Shown: in pieces, positions 1-7,766 of the stretch
Numbering within the stretch: position 1 is the stretch's first letter
Layout of the letters: every line of letters begins with the position of its first letter
Source of the DNA: a virus
Taxonomy: Duplodnaviria > Caudoviricetes
DNA length: 64,000 bases
Strand: one strand, 5' to 3'
IMG/VR virus record: IMGVR_UViG_2681813215_000001
Location: 4,521 to 68,520 of that record
Notes under the pieces: model-generated
Told to the model about the DNA's origin: nothing
What the model saw: the letters and a program-made list of their open reading frames with translations, nothing else
Databases searched by the model: none
Position numbers and translations under genes: made by a program

Positions 1-318
1 GATGAAGCAGGTAAACATGTTATCGAAAGCGAATTAAACCGGTCGAGGGGGTTTGTTCCCGGACTGCCGACGGATTTCGTAGAAGGCGTTCGTTCCGGCG
101 TTATGCAAGATGATTGGCCGCTCCCGCCGGGGGTGCTGACCATTGATCGTGCTGGATACGATGCAATGGAGTCTAGCTCGCCGATATTTATGGAGGCGGC
201 AATGGTGTTACGTGCTTGTATTAGCGCCAAATTGACCGGTCGCGCGGTAGAGCATAATGCGAAGGAAGCTATGCTTAAATTTGCGTCGATGGTATATCCT
301 CCGAGACACGAGGGCTAA
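1..318 (+). CDS. 3' part of a host-side hypothetical protein, open from the window edge
   Basis: Frame 1 is stop-free from base 1 to TAA at 316-318; lies outside the att core. Confidence 0.5.
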   Translation, partial: DEAGKHVIESELNRSRGFVPGLPTDFVEGVRSGVMQDDWPLPPGVLTIDRAGYDAMESSSPIFMEAAMVLRACISAKLTGRAVEHNAKEAMLKFASMVYPPRHEG

Positions 319-397
319 CAATGGATACTGACTCGGGCGCATAAAATCCATTGCAGACTGGACAAGCTCGTTGTAGGAAGAAGCCTGTATCTACCAG

Positions 398-439
398 CGC
401 CCCCGGCAGGAATCGAACCTGCGACCTAGGGATTAGAAG
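398..439 (-). mobile_element. Prophage att junction core: duplicated 3' half of tRNA-Arg(UCU)
   Basis: Minus strand reads CTTCTAA (anticodon loop, TCT)-TCCCT-AGGTCGCAGGTTCGATTCCTGC (T arm)-CGGGGGC-G; the 5' half is absent; 126 bp before the integrase. Confidence 0.88.
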
Positions 440-537
440 AACCTAGATATACCCCTTTGGGACCAGTAACCTAATCATATAACCCCAGTTCAGATGGATT
501 CTTAAGTAACCAGGGCTACCTGGGGGTACCGTATCGT

Positions 538-560
538 TGGCGGGAGTTATGGCGGGAGTT
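538..560 (+). repeat. Direct repeat TGGCGGGAGTT x2, probable integrase arm-type sites
   Basis: Copies at 538-548 and 550-560, between att core and int start. Confidence 0.6.
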
Positions 561-565
561 GGAAG

Positions 566-1801
566 ATGGCCAAAAGGACTAGACGGGCACCAGGCGACGG
601 CGGGCTATTCAAACGCGCTAATGGACTGTGGGTCGGGGTGGTGGAGATCCCCACAACCGACGGAAAACGGCGCCGCCGGGAAGTCGCGTCGAAGGACTAC
701 GCCACCGCGCTCACGAAGATGCGGGCCCTGCGCTCACAAGTCCAACAGGGCGCCATCCCAGTAACGGGATCGACGACTGTCGCCGCATGGCTGGATCGGT
801 GGATGGATGAGATTCACGGGCCCACACTGCGGCCCTCCACCGCTAAGTCCTACTCCAACACCATCCGTCTGTACATCAAGCCATCCATCGGTGGGCGCCG
901 ACTAGACAAGCTCACCCCCGAGGATGTGCGCGGCATGTACCGCGGACTCCAAGACCGGTCATTGACCCGCGCCGCCGAGAAAACCCATCAGGTATTGGGT
1001 AAGGCGCTCTCGGATGCGGTGAAAGAAGGCTTGATCACCCGCAGTGTTGTGGATGTCGTCAATAAACCTCGGCATACCCCAATGGAGCGCCAACCGCTCA
1101 CGTCTCAGCAGGCTAAGACGCTGCTGAAGTCCTCTATTGATTCCAGTGATCCGATGGCAACCCGTTGGGCCGCCGCATTACTTCTCGGTGCTCGACAGGG
1201 GGAGCTTCTCGGATTGACCTGGGACCGGGTAGACCTCGAGGCTGGATTAGTGGACTTGGCGTGGCAGTTGCAGCAGCTGCACCAAAGCCACGGCTGCGAA
1301 AAAGCCACGGAGGGTTGGTCGTGTGGCCGTCAGCGCCCCGGCTGGTGCCCGGAAAGAAAATGGGACCTGCCGGCAGGCTTTGAGTACCGGGTCGTTCACC
1401 GCTCTCTGGCATTGACCCGACCGAAATCCCGGTCAGGCAAGAGGGTTGTGCCGCTCCCACTTCCGCTGTGGGCGATGCTCAAATCCCACTACGAACTCCC
1501 ACGATCACCCCAGGGGTTCGTTTGGCATGACACGGGTAAGCCGATCGGACCCAGAGCCGACTATGAGAACTGGCAGAACGCGCTACTAGCTGCCGGGATT
1601 CGCGGCGAAGACTCTCCACCCATCCCTCTGCACTGCGCGCGGCACACCACCGCCACACTCCTGCTTGAGGCTGGCGTGACCGAAGATGTGCGGATGGCGA
1701 TCATGGGTCAATCCTCCGTCGCGGCCCACCGGGGATACGCGCACATCGACCAATCCCAAGCCCGTGCGGCGTTGTCCAATCTGGACGCGCTTCTGAGTTA
1801 A
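566..1801 (+). CDS. int: Tyrosine integrase
   Basis: N-terminal arm-binding region, ARQGELLGL (R), LHCARH (HxxR), MGQS and C-terminal GY (Tyr); adjacent to att. Confidence 0.96.
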   Translation: MAKRTRRAPGDGGLFKRANGLWVGVVEIPTTDGKRRRREVASKDYATALTKMRALRSQVQQGAIPVTGSTTVAAWLDRWMDEIHGPTLRPSTAKSYSNTIRLYIKPSIGGRRLDKLTPEDVRGMYRGLQDRSLTRAAEKTHQVLGKALSDAVKEGLITRSVVDVVNKPRHTPMERQPLTSQQAKTLLKSSIDSSDPMATRWAAALLLGARQGELLGLTWDRVDLEAGLVDLAWQLQQLHQSHGCEKATEGWSCGRQRPGWCPERKWDLPAGFEYRVVHRSLALTRPKSRSGKRVVPLPLPLWAMLKSHYELPRSPQGFVWHDTGKPIGPRADYENWQNALLAAGIRGEDSPPIPLHCARHTTATLLLEAGVTEDVRMAIMGQSSVAAHRGYAHIDQSQARAALSNLDALLS

Positions 1802-1897
1802 CTCACCACCATGTGTCCTGCAGGGCCACTTCGCAATCCTGCTGCCTGGCTAGTTCGGCGATCACTCCAAGCGTGATCCAGAGAGCTAGGAACAAAG

Positions 1898-2935
1898 TCA
1901 CGCGGACTCCTTGATTCGTTGCCGCTTCTTAAGTGCGAGCGCGCGTTTCTCCACCACAAACCAGCTCATTGCCGCTAGCGGAAGTGTCACCAGGGTTGCC
2001 AGGACAAAGAATGGGAACACCCCTAGTGTCCCGAGTCCCATGATCACTAGGAGTTGTTGGATGGGGAATGCGTAGATGTACACGCCATACGAAAGATCGT
2101 TGCGCAGGTTCGGGCGTTTGAGCATAGCGCCGGACGCTATAACCAGATAGGCCAACGGGATAGCGGCCAGCACCCGGTAGTTCGGCAGCAACCCGGACAG
2201 CAGCAGTAACCCGACACTGACGGCGACGAGTGACCATCGGGCAGGGATCTTGTCTCGGTACTGGTAGATCAAGGCCCCGGCGGCGAACATCACGGCGAAG
2301 CGGGAAACCATCTGCGGAATTGTGGACATCGCGAACGCCGGAAACCCGAATACCGTCGTAGCGGCGAGAGTTAGCGCGAAAGCGATGGGGATGGTCCACC
2401 GGTATTTGAGAAGTCCCGCAATACCGAAGAGGGCGACCACGACGTAGCAGCCTGCTTCAAACGCCAGTGTCCACAGCGAGCCGTTCCACACTCCCGGCCA
2501 TGGGATGTCTTTCGGGGTTCCGGCGATGCCGGGGTAGAACAGTACGTTCATCAAACCGTTGTTTAACACGTAAGCTACTGGCGCCCCGGACTTCATCAGT
2601 GCACCGGCGGAGCCGTGCTGAATCACTACTCCCAGGGGTGCGATGACGAACGCGGTCACGAAAACGCACACCCATAGTCCGGGGAGGATCCTGAGGGCGC
2701 GGGCTTTGAAGTAGTCGCGCGGTTTGGGGTTGCGCATCCAGCTCGAGGTGATGAGGAATCCGGAGATCGCGAAGAACCCATCCACACCGACTTGGGATAG
2801 CAGCTGCGTTACGGGGGTGGGGGGTATTGGGTGTCCGGTCAAAGGCCAGGTGTGCCAGAGGATCACGGAGGTCGCCAGGATGAGGCGCCATGCGTTGAGC
2901 GCGTTGTTACGCGGATCGAATACCCGTCCCAGCAC
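1898..2935 (-). CDS. Acyltransferase family 3 (OafA/Oac-like) membrane O-acyltransferase
   Basis: RNNALNAWRLILA, VDGFFAISGFLI, RALRILPGL, NGSLWTLAFE, DLSYGVYIYAFPIQQ motifs; about 10 hydrophobic segments. Confidence 0.9.
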   Translation of the reverse strand: MLGRVFDPRNNALNAWRLILATSVILWHTWPLTGHPIPPTPVTQLLSQVGVDGFFAISGFLITSSWMRNPKPRDYFKARALRILPGLWVCVFVTAFVIAPLGVVIQHGSAGALMKSGAPVAYVLNNGLMNVLFYPGIAGTPKDIPWPGVWNGSLWTLAFEAGCYVVVALFGIAGLLKYRWTIPIAFALTLAATTVFGFPAFAMSTIPQMVSRFAVMFAAGALIYQYRDKIPARWSLVAVSVGLLLLSGLLPNYRVLAAIPLAYLVIASGAMLKRPNLRNDLSYGVYIYAFPIQQLLVIMGLGTLGVFPFFVLATLVTLPLAAMSWFVVEKRALALKKRQRIKESA

Positions 2936-3002
2936 TGCCCCTCCAAGATTCCGTGGGCAGACTGTACGCCGAAAGGCTCACGCCCACAGCGATTTCACAG
3001 GC

Positions 3003-3764
3003 TCAACTAGCCACTACATTCGTAGTGACTTCTGGTTGTCGGTCAATCACCACACCCAGCAACAACATTCCGGCGTTAGACCGGGTGTGCCAGGCCCGCA
3101 GATTCACCGTGACAACATCCCCATTCTCGACGTCGCGCAGCACCCACGGCCTCGTCGCCGGGTCAATGGGGATGATCTGCGATGCCCACTGAGTGCGGAA
3201 CTCTGCGAGCGACATCAAGCTGTCCAACAGCTCACGAAGCCCCGGATCTTCCGGGGTGATAGCAATGCTGAACCTCAGCAGACCGACGCACCACTGCGAG
3301 GTTTCGTCCCAGTTCTGGATGATTTCCCGCGCTGCGGGGGAGTGGTAATGCCAGTGGATCAGGTTCGGATGCCCATTAGACAGAGGTAGAAGGCGGTGAA
3401 ACGCCTCGTTGTGCTCCTCAACCTTCCATGCCGCATCCATCCACGCCGCCGGGTGAGGCTCGATCCCTCGCAAATACTCCGCGATCCCCGCAGGTAGGGC
3501 CGACTTGGCGTGCACCCAACCGCCGAGGGCATGGAAGTACTGCGTCTCCCTCGGTGTCATATTGAGCTGCCGGGCGATGAGTTCAGCGGAATCACTGCTG
3601 AGGCGCCGCCGCCCGGACTCGTAGTGCTGAATCTGGGCGACTGTGTATCCAGTTAGAGAGGCCAGTCGACGCTGCGACATCTGAGCCCGATCTCTTACTG
3701 CCCGCAAAAACTGGCCTTGGCTATTACCAAAGACCATGGACTCCATAGTAAACGTGCTTGACAA
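3003..3764 (-). CDS. XRE-family HTH regulator with MmyB-like C-terminal ligand-binding domain
   Basis: FLRAVRDRAQMSQRRLA...YESGRRR HTH, then HPAAWMDAAWKVEEHNEAF...NWDE...EFRTQW pattern; start could be at 3746 or 3737. Confidence 0.82.
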   Translation of the reverse strand: MSSTFTMESMVFGNSQGQFLRAVRDRAQMSQRRLASLTGYTVAQIQHYESGRRRLSSDSAELIARQLNMTPRETQYFHALGGWVHAKSALPAGIAEYLRGIEPHPAAWMDAAWKVEEHNEAFHRLLPLSNGHPNLIHWHYHSPAAREIIQNWDETSQWCVGLLRFSIAITPEDPGLRELLDSLMSLAEFRTQWASQIIPIDPATRPWVLRDVENGDVVTVNLRAWHTRSNAGMLLLGVVIDRQPEVTTNVVAS

Positions 3765-3786
3765 GGGGCTACAGATTTGTAGCCCC
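3765..3786. promoter_or_regulatory. Inverted repeat GGGGCTACA-N4-TGTAGCCCC, candidate operator
   Basis: Perfect 9-bp IR immediately upstream of the MmyB-like gene. Confidence 0.6.
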
Positions 3787-4051
3787 CCAACCTATTGACC
3801 AAAGTGACGGGTGATGCTTTGGTGTCATTTAGGTGAACAACAGCTCACAGTCCGAATCTGTTGAACTCCAATACATCTCAACATGATGGACGCTGCGACC
3901 TGCGGGTCTGCGCGCCCAGTGATCAAGCACACCTTTTTCGCTACAGGAGGAACTAAATCGTGCATGAAAATCCTAGCCGGACACCTGAATCCGGATTCAT
4001 CATAGTTAGCGGTCGGGGACCCACGCGCTGGTTCGGCACTGGTGGGTTCCG

Positions 4052-4795
4052 ATGCTCAATCCCCTAATCATCTTCACACTGTGCGTGTTCGCATGGTCAC
4101 TATGGATCCGCCGAATGACATGGACCTGCAAGGGTCAAGTGGCCGCATCGTTGAACATCGCACTACAAGCATTCGCTGTCGTACTGATGTCACCGTGGGC
4201 TTCTGTAACCGTCGGGGTGTGGTTATACGAACGCACAGGACAGAGAAATCTCGAGGACCTGATAGCGCACGACGCCTACATCGTCGCCGCGAGCGCGATC
4301 GTCTACAACGCAATCAGCCGGCTCAAGGACGAAAACCGACAAGCACGATTCCGGCTATGCGTGGAGACTCCCGCGACGCTCGCCATCCCCCTGATGTTCC
4401 TCACCTTCACCTCAGGGGCTGGAGTCCGAGACTTCCACCCCGACTTCTTCCGAGTCGGCACCGATCTGTGGCTCACCGCGTACTGGCTATTGATGACCGG
4501 CATAACCACATGGCTCCTGACGTACGGGGCTCGAGCCTTGGTGGCGCTGCGGCGCGACCCGAAATCCAAGCTGATCGCGACTGTCTATCTAGTCTCAGCC
4601 GCGATGGGAGTAGGGGCGTGTCTGGTGCGAGCCGTCACGGCCTGCTGGCCGGGAGAGTTTCAGACAACCCTCACGGCGAGTCTGATGGTGTGGACGCCGT
4701 CTTGTCTATGCGGTGCGGGGTTCGCGCTAATGTCGGCGTGGACTTGGAAGACTAGGCCAAGGGTCCCGCTTCTGGATCAATCTCCAGTTCCGTGA
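4052..4795 (+). CDS. Multi-pass membrane protein (resembles actinobacterial MAB_1171c/DUF6545-type proteins)
   Basis: About 7 hydrophobic helices; 3' end overlaps the repressor 3' end by 44 bp. Confidence 0.7.
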   Translation: MLNPLIIFTLCVFAWSLWIRRMTWTCKGQVAASLNIALQAFAVVLMSPWASVTVGVWLYERTGQRNLEDLIAHDAYIVAASAIVYNAISRLKDENRQARFRLCVETPATLAIPLMFLTFTSGAGVRDFHPDFFRVGTDLWLTAYWLLMTGITTWLLTYGARALVALRRDPKSKLIATVYLVSAAMGVGACLVRAVTACWPGEFQTTLTASLMVWTPSCLCGAGFALMSAWTWKTRPRVPLLDQSPVP

Positions 4796-5387
4796 CCCGC
4801 TTCATCTTCGGCGTTTTGGGCGCAGCGGCCACTCGGAACGCTGACTCCACTACCTCGAGGAACTGGCTTAGCTCCTCCTGGTACATGAGGTGTATTTCGG
4901 GGTTGGACAGTCGGTCGCCGAGGATCTCGTCAGACCGCTCAAAGCGTGCCGCCGCGCCTCGTAAGCGCTTCGATTCCGCCGCGGTCACCATCTCCGTGGC
5001 TTGGAATGCATCAACCATGGCTAAGGTCGCCGCGCCTAAGTTTCGGATTCCCACGCCGACGGATCCGAGGATCTGTTCGTCCGTTGCCGCTGGCGCCTGG
5101 GTGAGGGCTTGTAGTTCCTCGGCGGCGTCTTCTCTATTCGCGTTGCGCAGCTGCTCTGGTGTGGCACCGACAACCTTGGCCATTCGCGCCAGCGTGTCGG
5201 CGGGCGCCCGGACGGGGGCGCGCACGTCTGAAGTGACTTGTTGGTATCCCTTGACAATCTGCCGCCAACGCCCCTCGCTGATACCGGCCTGCTCGGCGGC
5301 TTTGCGCACAGAGAGGCGCGGCCGGTGCGCGTCGCGAAGCTCGTCGATGAGCACACCTTCCGGGTATGCCGCGTCAACCTCTGTCAT
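4752..5387 (-). CDS. Immunity repressor (HTH)
   Basis: LSVRKAAEQAGISEGRWRQIVKG HTH; divergent from cro; AGGAG RBS. Confidence 0.85.
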   Translation of the reverse strand: MTEVDAAYPEGVLIDELRDAHRPRLSVRKAAEQAGISEGRWRQIVKGYQQVTSDVRAPVRAPADTLARMAKVVGATPEQLRNANREDAAEELQALTQAPAATDEQILGSVGVGIRNLGAATLAMVDAFQATEMVTAAESKRLRGAAARFERSDEILGDRLSNPEIHLMYQEELSQFLEVVESAFRVAAAPKTPKMKRVTELEIDPEAGPLA

Positions 5388-5400
5388 GACTACAACTCTC

Positions 5401-5554
5401 CTACGCGTAGTGCTGCGAAGTCTAGTGCGGAGTTTTCGGCAAATCTACGCAACTACAGCCTTGTAATATTCGAACACGGCAGCTCAGCGGCACTACGCAA
5501 GAAACTCGCGTATAACTACTTGACCTACGCGAAGCTACGCAGTAGCGTAGGTCA
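5401..5554. promoter_or_regulatory. Genetic switch: CTACGC/GCGTAG operator half-sites and rightward promoter
   Basis: CTACGC at 5401, 5445, 5493, 5525, 5535; GCGTAG at 5405, 5545; 10-bp IR TGACCTACGC (5521)/GCGTAGGTCA (5545); TTGACC-N17-TAGCGT at 5520-5548. Confidence 0.75.
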
Positions 5555-5555
5555 C

Positions 5556-5858
5556 ATGCCATCCAACGGAACCCCACACGGGGTATGGACTGAGCTCCGC
5601 GTCAATAGGGATAAGAACGGCGACAGCCTCACCTCACTGGCAAGCCGATCCAAGATCTCCCTCTCTCACCTATCTGATCTTGAGCGCGGCCGACGACTAC
5701 CAACCGCCGACGTGTACAAGAAGTTGTCACGCGCACTCAACGTGCCGATCAGCGTCCTCGAACGGGAGAAGCGGGTGGATGACGACGGAAACGACGTCGC
5801 CCTCGTAGAGCTGATCCGCAGGGTTGTACGCGAGGAGCTCGAGCGAGGTGCAGCATGA
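5556..5858 (+). CDS. cro: Cro-like HTH protein
   Basis: SLTSLASRSKISLSHLSDLERGRR XRE HTH; first rightward early gene; ATG 5556. Confidence 0.8.
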   Translation: MPSNGTPHGVWTELRVNRDKNGDSLTSLASRSKISLSHLSDLERGRRLPTADVYKKLSRALNVPISVLEREKRVDDDGNDVALVELIRRVVREELERGAA

Positions 5859-6622
5859 GGGCTGAGCTAGTTCCTACGTCAGCATTCGACGCGGGGCGTA
5901 TTCCCTGTCCACAGGGCGGCGAGGACCGTTGGTCGGCTCGCTGGCTCATGGGGCAAATGGGGTATGCCGCCTGGCAGAAGTTCGAGCCCATCATTGAGCG
6001 CGCCAAGACTGCCGCTCATGGCGAGGGCTTCAACGTCCGGACCCTTTTTACCCAAACGGTTAAAAAGACTGGTGGCAGGCCAGAAAATGACTATCACGTC
6101 ACTCGATTCGCGGCGTACCTGATCGCCATGAACGGCCATCCGGGAAAGCCTGAGGTCGCCGCGGCGCAGGTCTACTTCGCGGTACGCACTCGCCAGCAGG
6201 AGTTGGCGCAGCAAGCATTCGAGATTCCTCAGAGCTACGCGGCAGCGTTACGTGCTGCGGCAGATCAAGCCGAACGTGCGGAGCTCGCCGAGGCCAAGGT
6301 GGCCGAACTGGAACCCAAGGCCGAGTTCTACGACGAGCTTATGGACGCTGACGGCACCTACTCATTCCTAGCCGTCTCCAAGATGATCGGCTGGGGCCGC
6401 AACATCATGATGGCCGAACTCCGCAAGTCTGGGGTCCTCCAGAAGAACAACCTCCCGTACCAGCGGTACGAGCACCACTTCAAAGTCACGCCCCAGACCT
6501 TCGTCAATCGCAAGACGGGGGAGACCGTGCCCACCGCAACAACATCGGTGTGGCCCAGCGGCATCGAGTTCATCCGCAAGAAGCTCGCCCAGACATCGGA
6601 ACTGATGGAGGTGACGGCATGA
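5855..6622 (+). CDS. Antirepressor (DinD/Bro-like N-terminus plus KilA-C/ANT domain)
   Basis: WSARWLMGQMGY...YHVTRFAAYLIAMNG...PEVAAAQVYFA; SYAAALRAAAD...LEPKAEFYDELM. Confidence 0.88.
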   Translation: MRAELVPTSAFDAGRIPCPQGGEDRWSARWLMGQMGYAAWQKFEPIIERAKTAAHGEGFNVRTLFTQTVKKTGGRPENDYHVTRFAAYLIAMNGHPGKPEVAAAQVYFAVRTRQQELAQQAFEIPQSYAAALRAAADQAERAELAEAKVAELEPKAEFYDELMDADGTYSFLAVSKMIGWGRNIMMAELRKSGVLQKNNLPYQRYEHHFKVTPQTFVNRKTGETVPTATTSVWPSGIEFIRKKLAQTSELMEVTA

Positions 6623-6816
6623 ACACTGAATCTGAATCACGCGCCCTGCGGCGGACTGCCGCAGCCAAGTACATCGGGGCTTCCCCAACCGAGCTCGACA
6701 CCTTACGTCGTAACGGGGAAATCGCGGCCAGATACAAGGGGCGTATCCCGCTGTACCTGCGCGAAGAACTCGACCGGTACCTGGACTCGCTGCCGTCAGA
6801 ACCTAAGTCGGCGTAG
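6619..6816 (+). CDS. Excisionase-like HTH protein
   Basis: ALRRTAAAKYIGAS...LYLREELDRYL; ATGA overlap with the antirepressor. Confidence 0.75.
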   Translation: MNTESESRALRRTAAAKYIGASPTELDTLRRNGEIAARYKGRIPLYLREELDRYLDSLPSEPKSA

Positions 6817-6842
6817 ATCGTTCACAACTGAATAACCCCCGA

Positions 6843-6882
6843 ACGCTGGCGGTCCCTCTCGCCAAAGCTGAACCGCCAGCGT
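6843..6882 (+). terminator. Hairpin ACGCTGGCGGT...ACCGCCAGCGT after xis
   Basis: 11-bp perfect IR, no strong U-tract. Confidence 0.5.
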
Positions 6883-6909
6883 CACCAACCAACACCTTGG
6901 AGGTGTGGC

Positions 6910-7218
6910 GTGTTCAAGCGTAGATCAATTGCGGCTGTAGCCGTAGTACTGGTGGCAGTTGGGTGTGCACCACCGGCTGCCGCCGACCCCGCCGAAGATC
7001 TAGCCGTCAAGTATGGGGCGGCGGTGTGTAAGAGCCTGGATGAAACCCCAACGATTGACGGGGTACTCACCACCGGGATGCGGTTGGTGAAGACAACCGG
7101 CGTAACCCCTTACGTGGCAGGGGAAGTACTCGCTTACAGCGTCGTCGGGCAATGCCCACAACACATCGACCTCTTGAAGCGGTTCATCGCGAAGTACAAG
7201 GGGGAACGATCGGTATGA
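6910..7218 (+). CDS. Secreted DUF732-like protein
   Basis: Signal peptide AxA-ADP, then YGAAVCKSL...VLAYSVVGQCP (two conserved Cys). Confidence 0.75.
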   Translation: MFKRRSIAAVAVVLVAVGCAPPAAADPAEDLAVKYGAAVCKSLDETPTIDGVLTTGMRLVKTTGVTPYVAGEVLAYSVVGQCPQHIDLLKRFIAKYKGERSV

Positions 7219-7766
7219 GCGAGAAGCTGAATCCGTCTGAAGCGCAGCGGAAAGCGATGACTGCGTATATCGATTGTTTTCGTCAAAGTTCGGAGTACCT
7301 CGCATCCAACGAAATCGTGGAGGAACTTGTCGCCGCCGCCAACAGCATCCCTGAGGGTCCACCCGTTGGCACCATCGCACGACGACCAGATGGGAAGTGG
7401 ATAGCGGTTCGGCGCGAGAGGCACTGGGGTTACCGCTGGCTAAAGGGAGGCCACGTGCCCAGAGTGCTGGTACCGAACCCCCGCGACGCCGACTCTTGGC
7501 CTGTCATCTACGACCCGGGCTGGAACAAGTTGCGCGTGATAGATCAACTTGACGAACTGATTTGCGGGTCGGGCCTGAATGATTCTAGGGAATTAGCGGC
7601 ACTCATCGTCAAGTACCACAAGGTGATGCCGCTCGACCCGACAGCACAACAGGAACCGGTGCCGAAGGACTGCACTTGCCGCGACTGGGGTGATTGTGAC
7701 GGCCTGTGTGAGAAGGCAACTGCCGATCCTGTAGCAGGCAATGGCCACACCGAGGTGCTGTCATGA
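7215..7766 (+). CDS. Hypothetical protein, paralog of 10121-11239
   Basis: ATGA-coupled; shares four blocks with the 10121 ORF. Confidence 0.7.
   Translation: MSEKLNPSEAQRKAMTAYIDCFRQSSEYLASNEIVEELVAAANSIPEGPPVGTIARRPDGKWIAVRRERHWGYRWLKGGHVPRVLVPNPRDADSWPVIYDPGWNKLRVIDQLDELICGSGLNDSRELAALIVKYHKVMPLDPTAQQEPVPKDCTCRDWGDCDGLCEKATADPVAGNGHTEVLS

Noticed and set aside
398-446. Intact tRNA-Arg gene
   Set aside because: The D-arm and 5' acceptor strand are missing and the anticodon stem is mismatched; it is an att remnant.
4752-5387. Integration-dependent immunity (attP inside the repressor gene)
   Set aside because: The att core lies beside int, 4.3 kb from an intact repressor.
5415-5424. TAGACTTCGC (minus strand) as a TAGAC-box copy for the repressor
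   Set aside because: The hexamer at the expected position (TTGTAG) is a poor -10 and the repressor has an AGGAG RBS, so the geometry does not match.
4042-5466. Alternative-frame ORFs 4042-4755 and 4792-5466
   Set aside because: They overlap the better-supported membrane and repressor genes and have non-protein-like composition.
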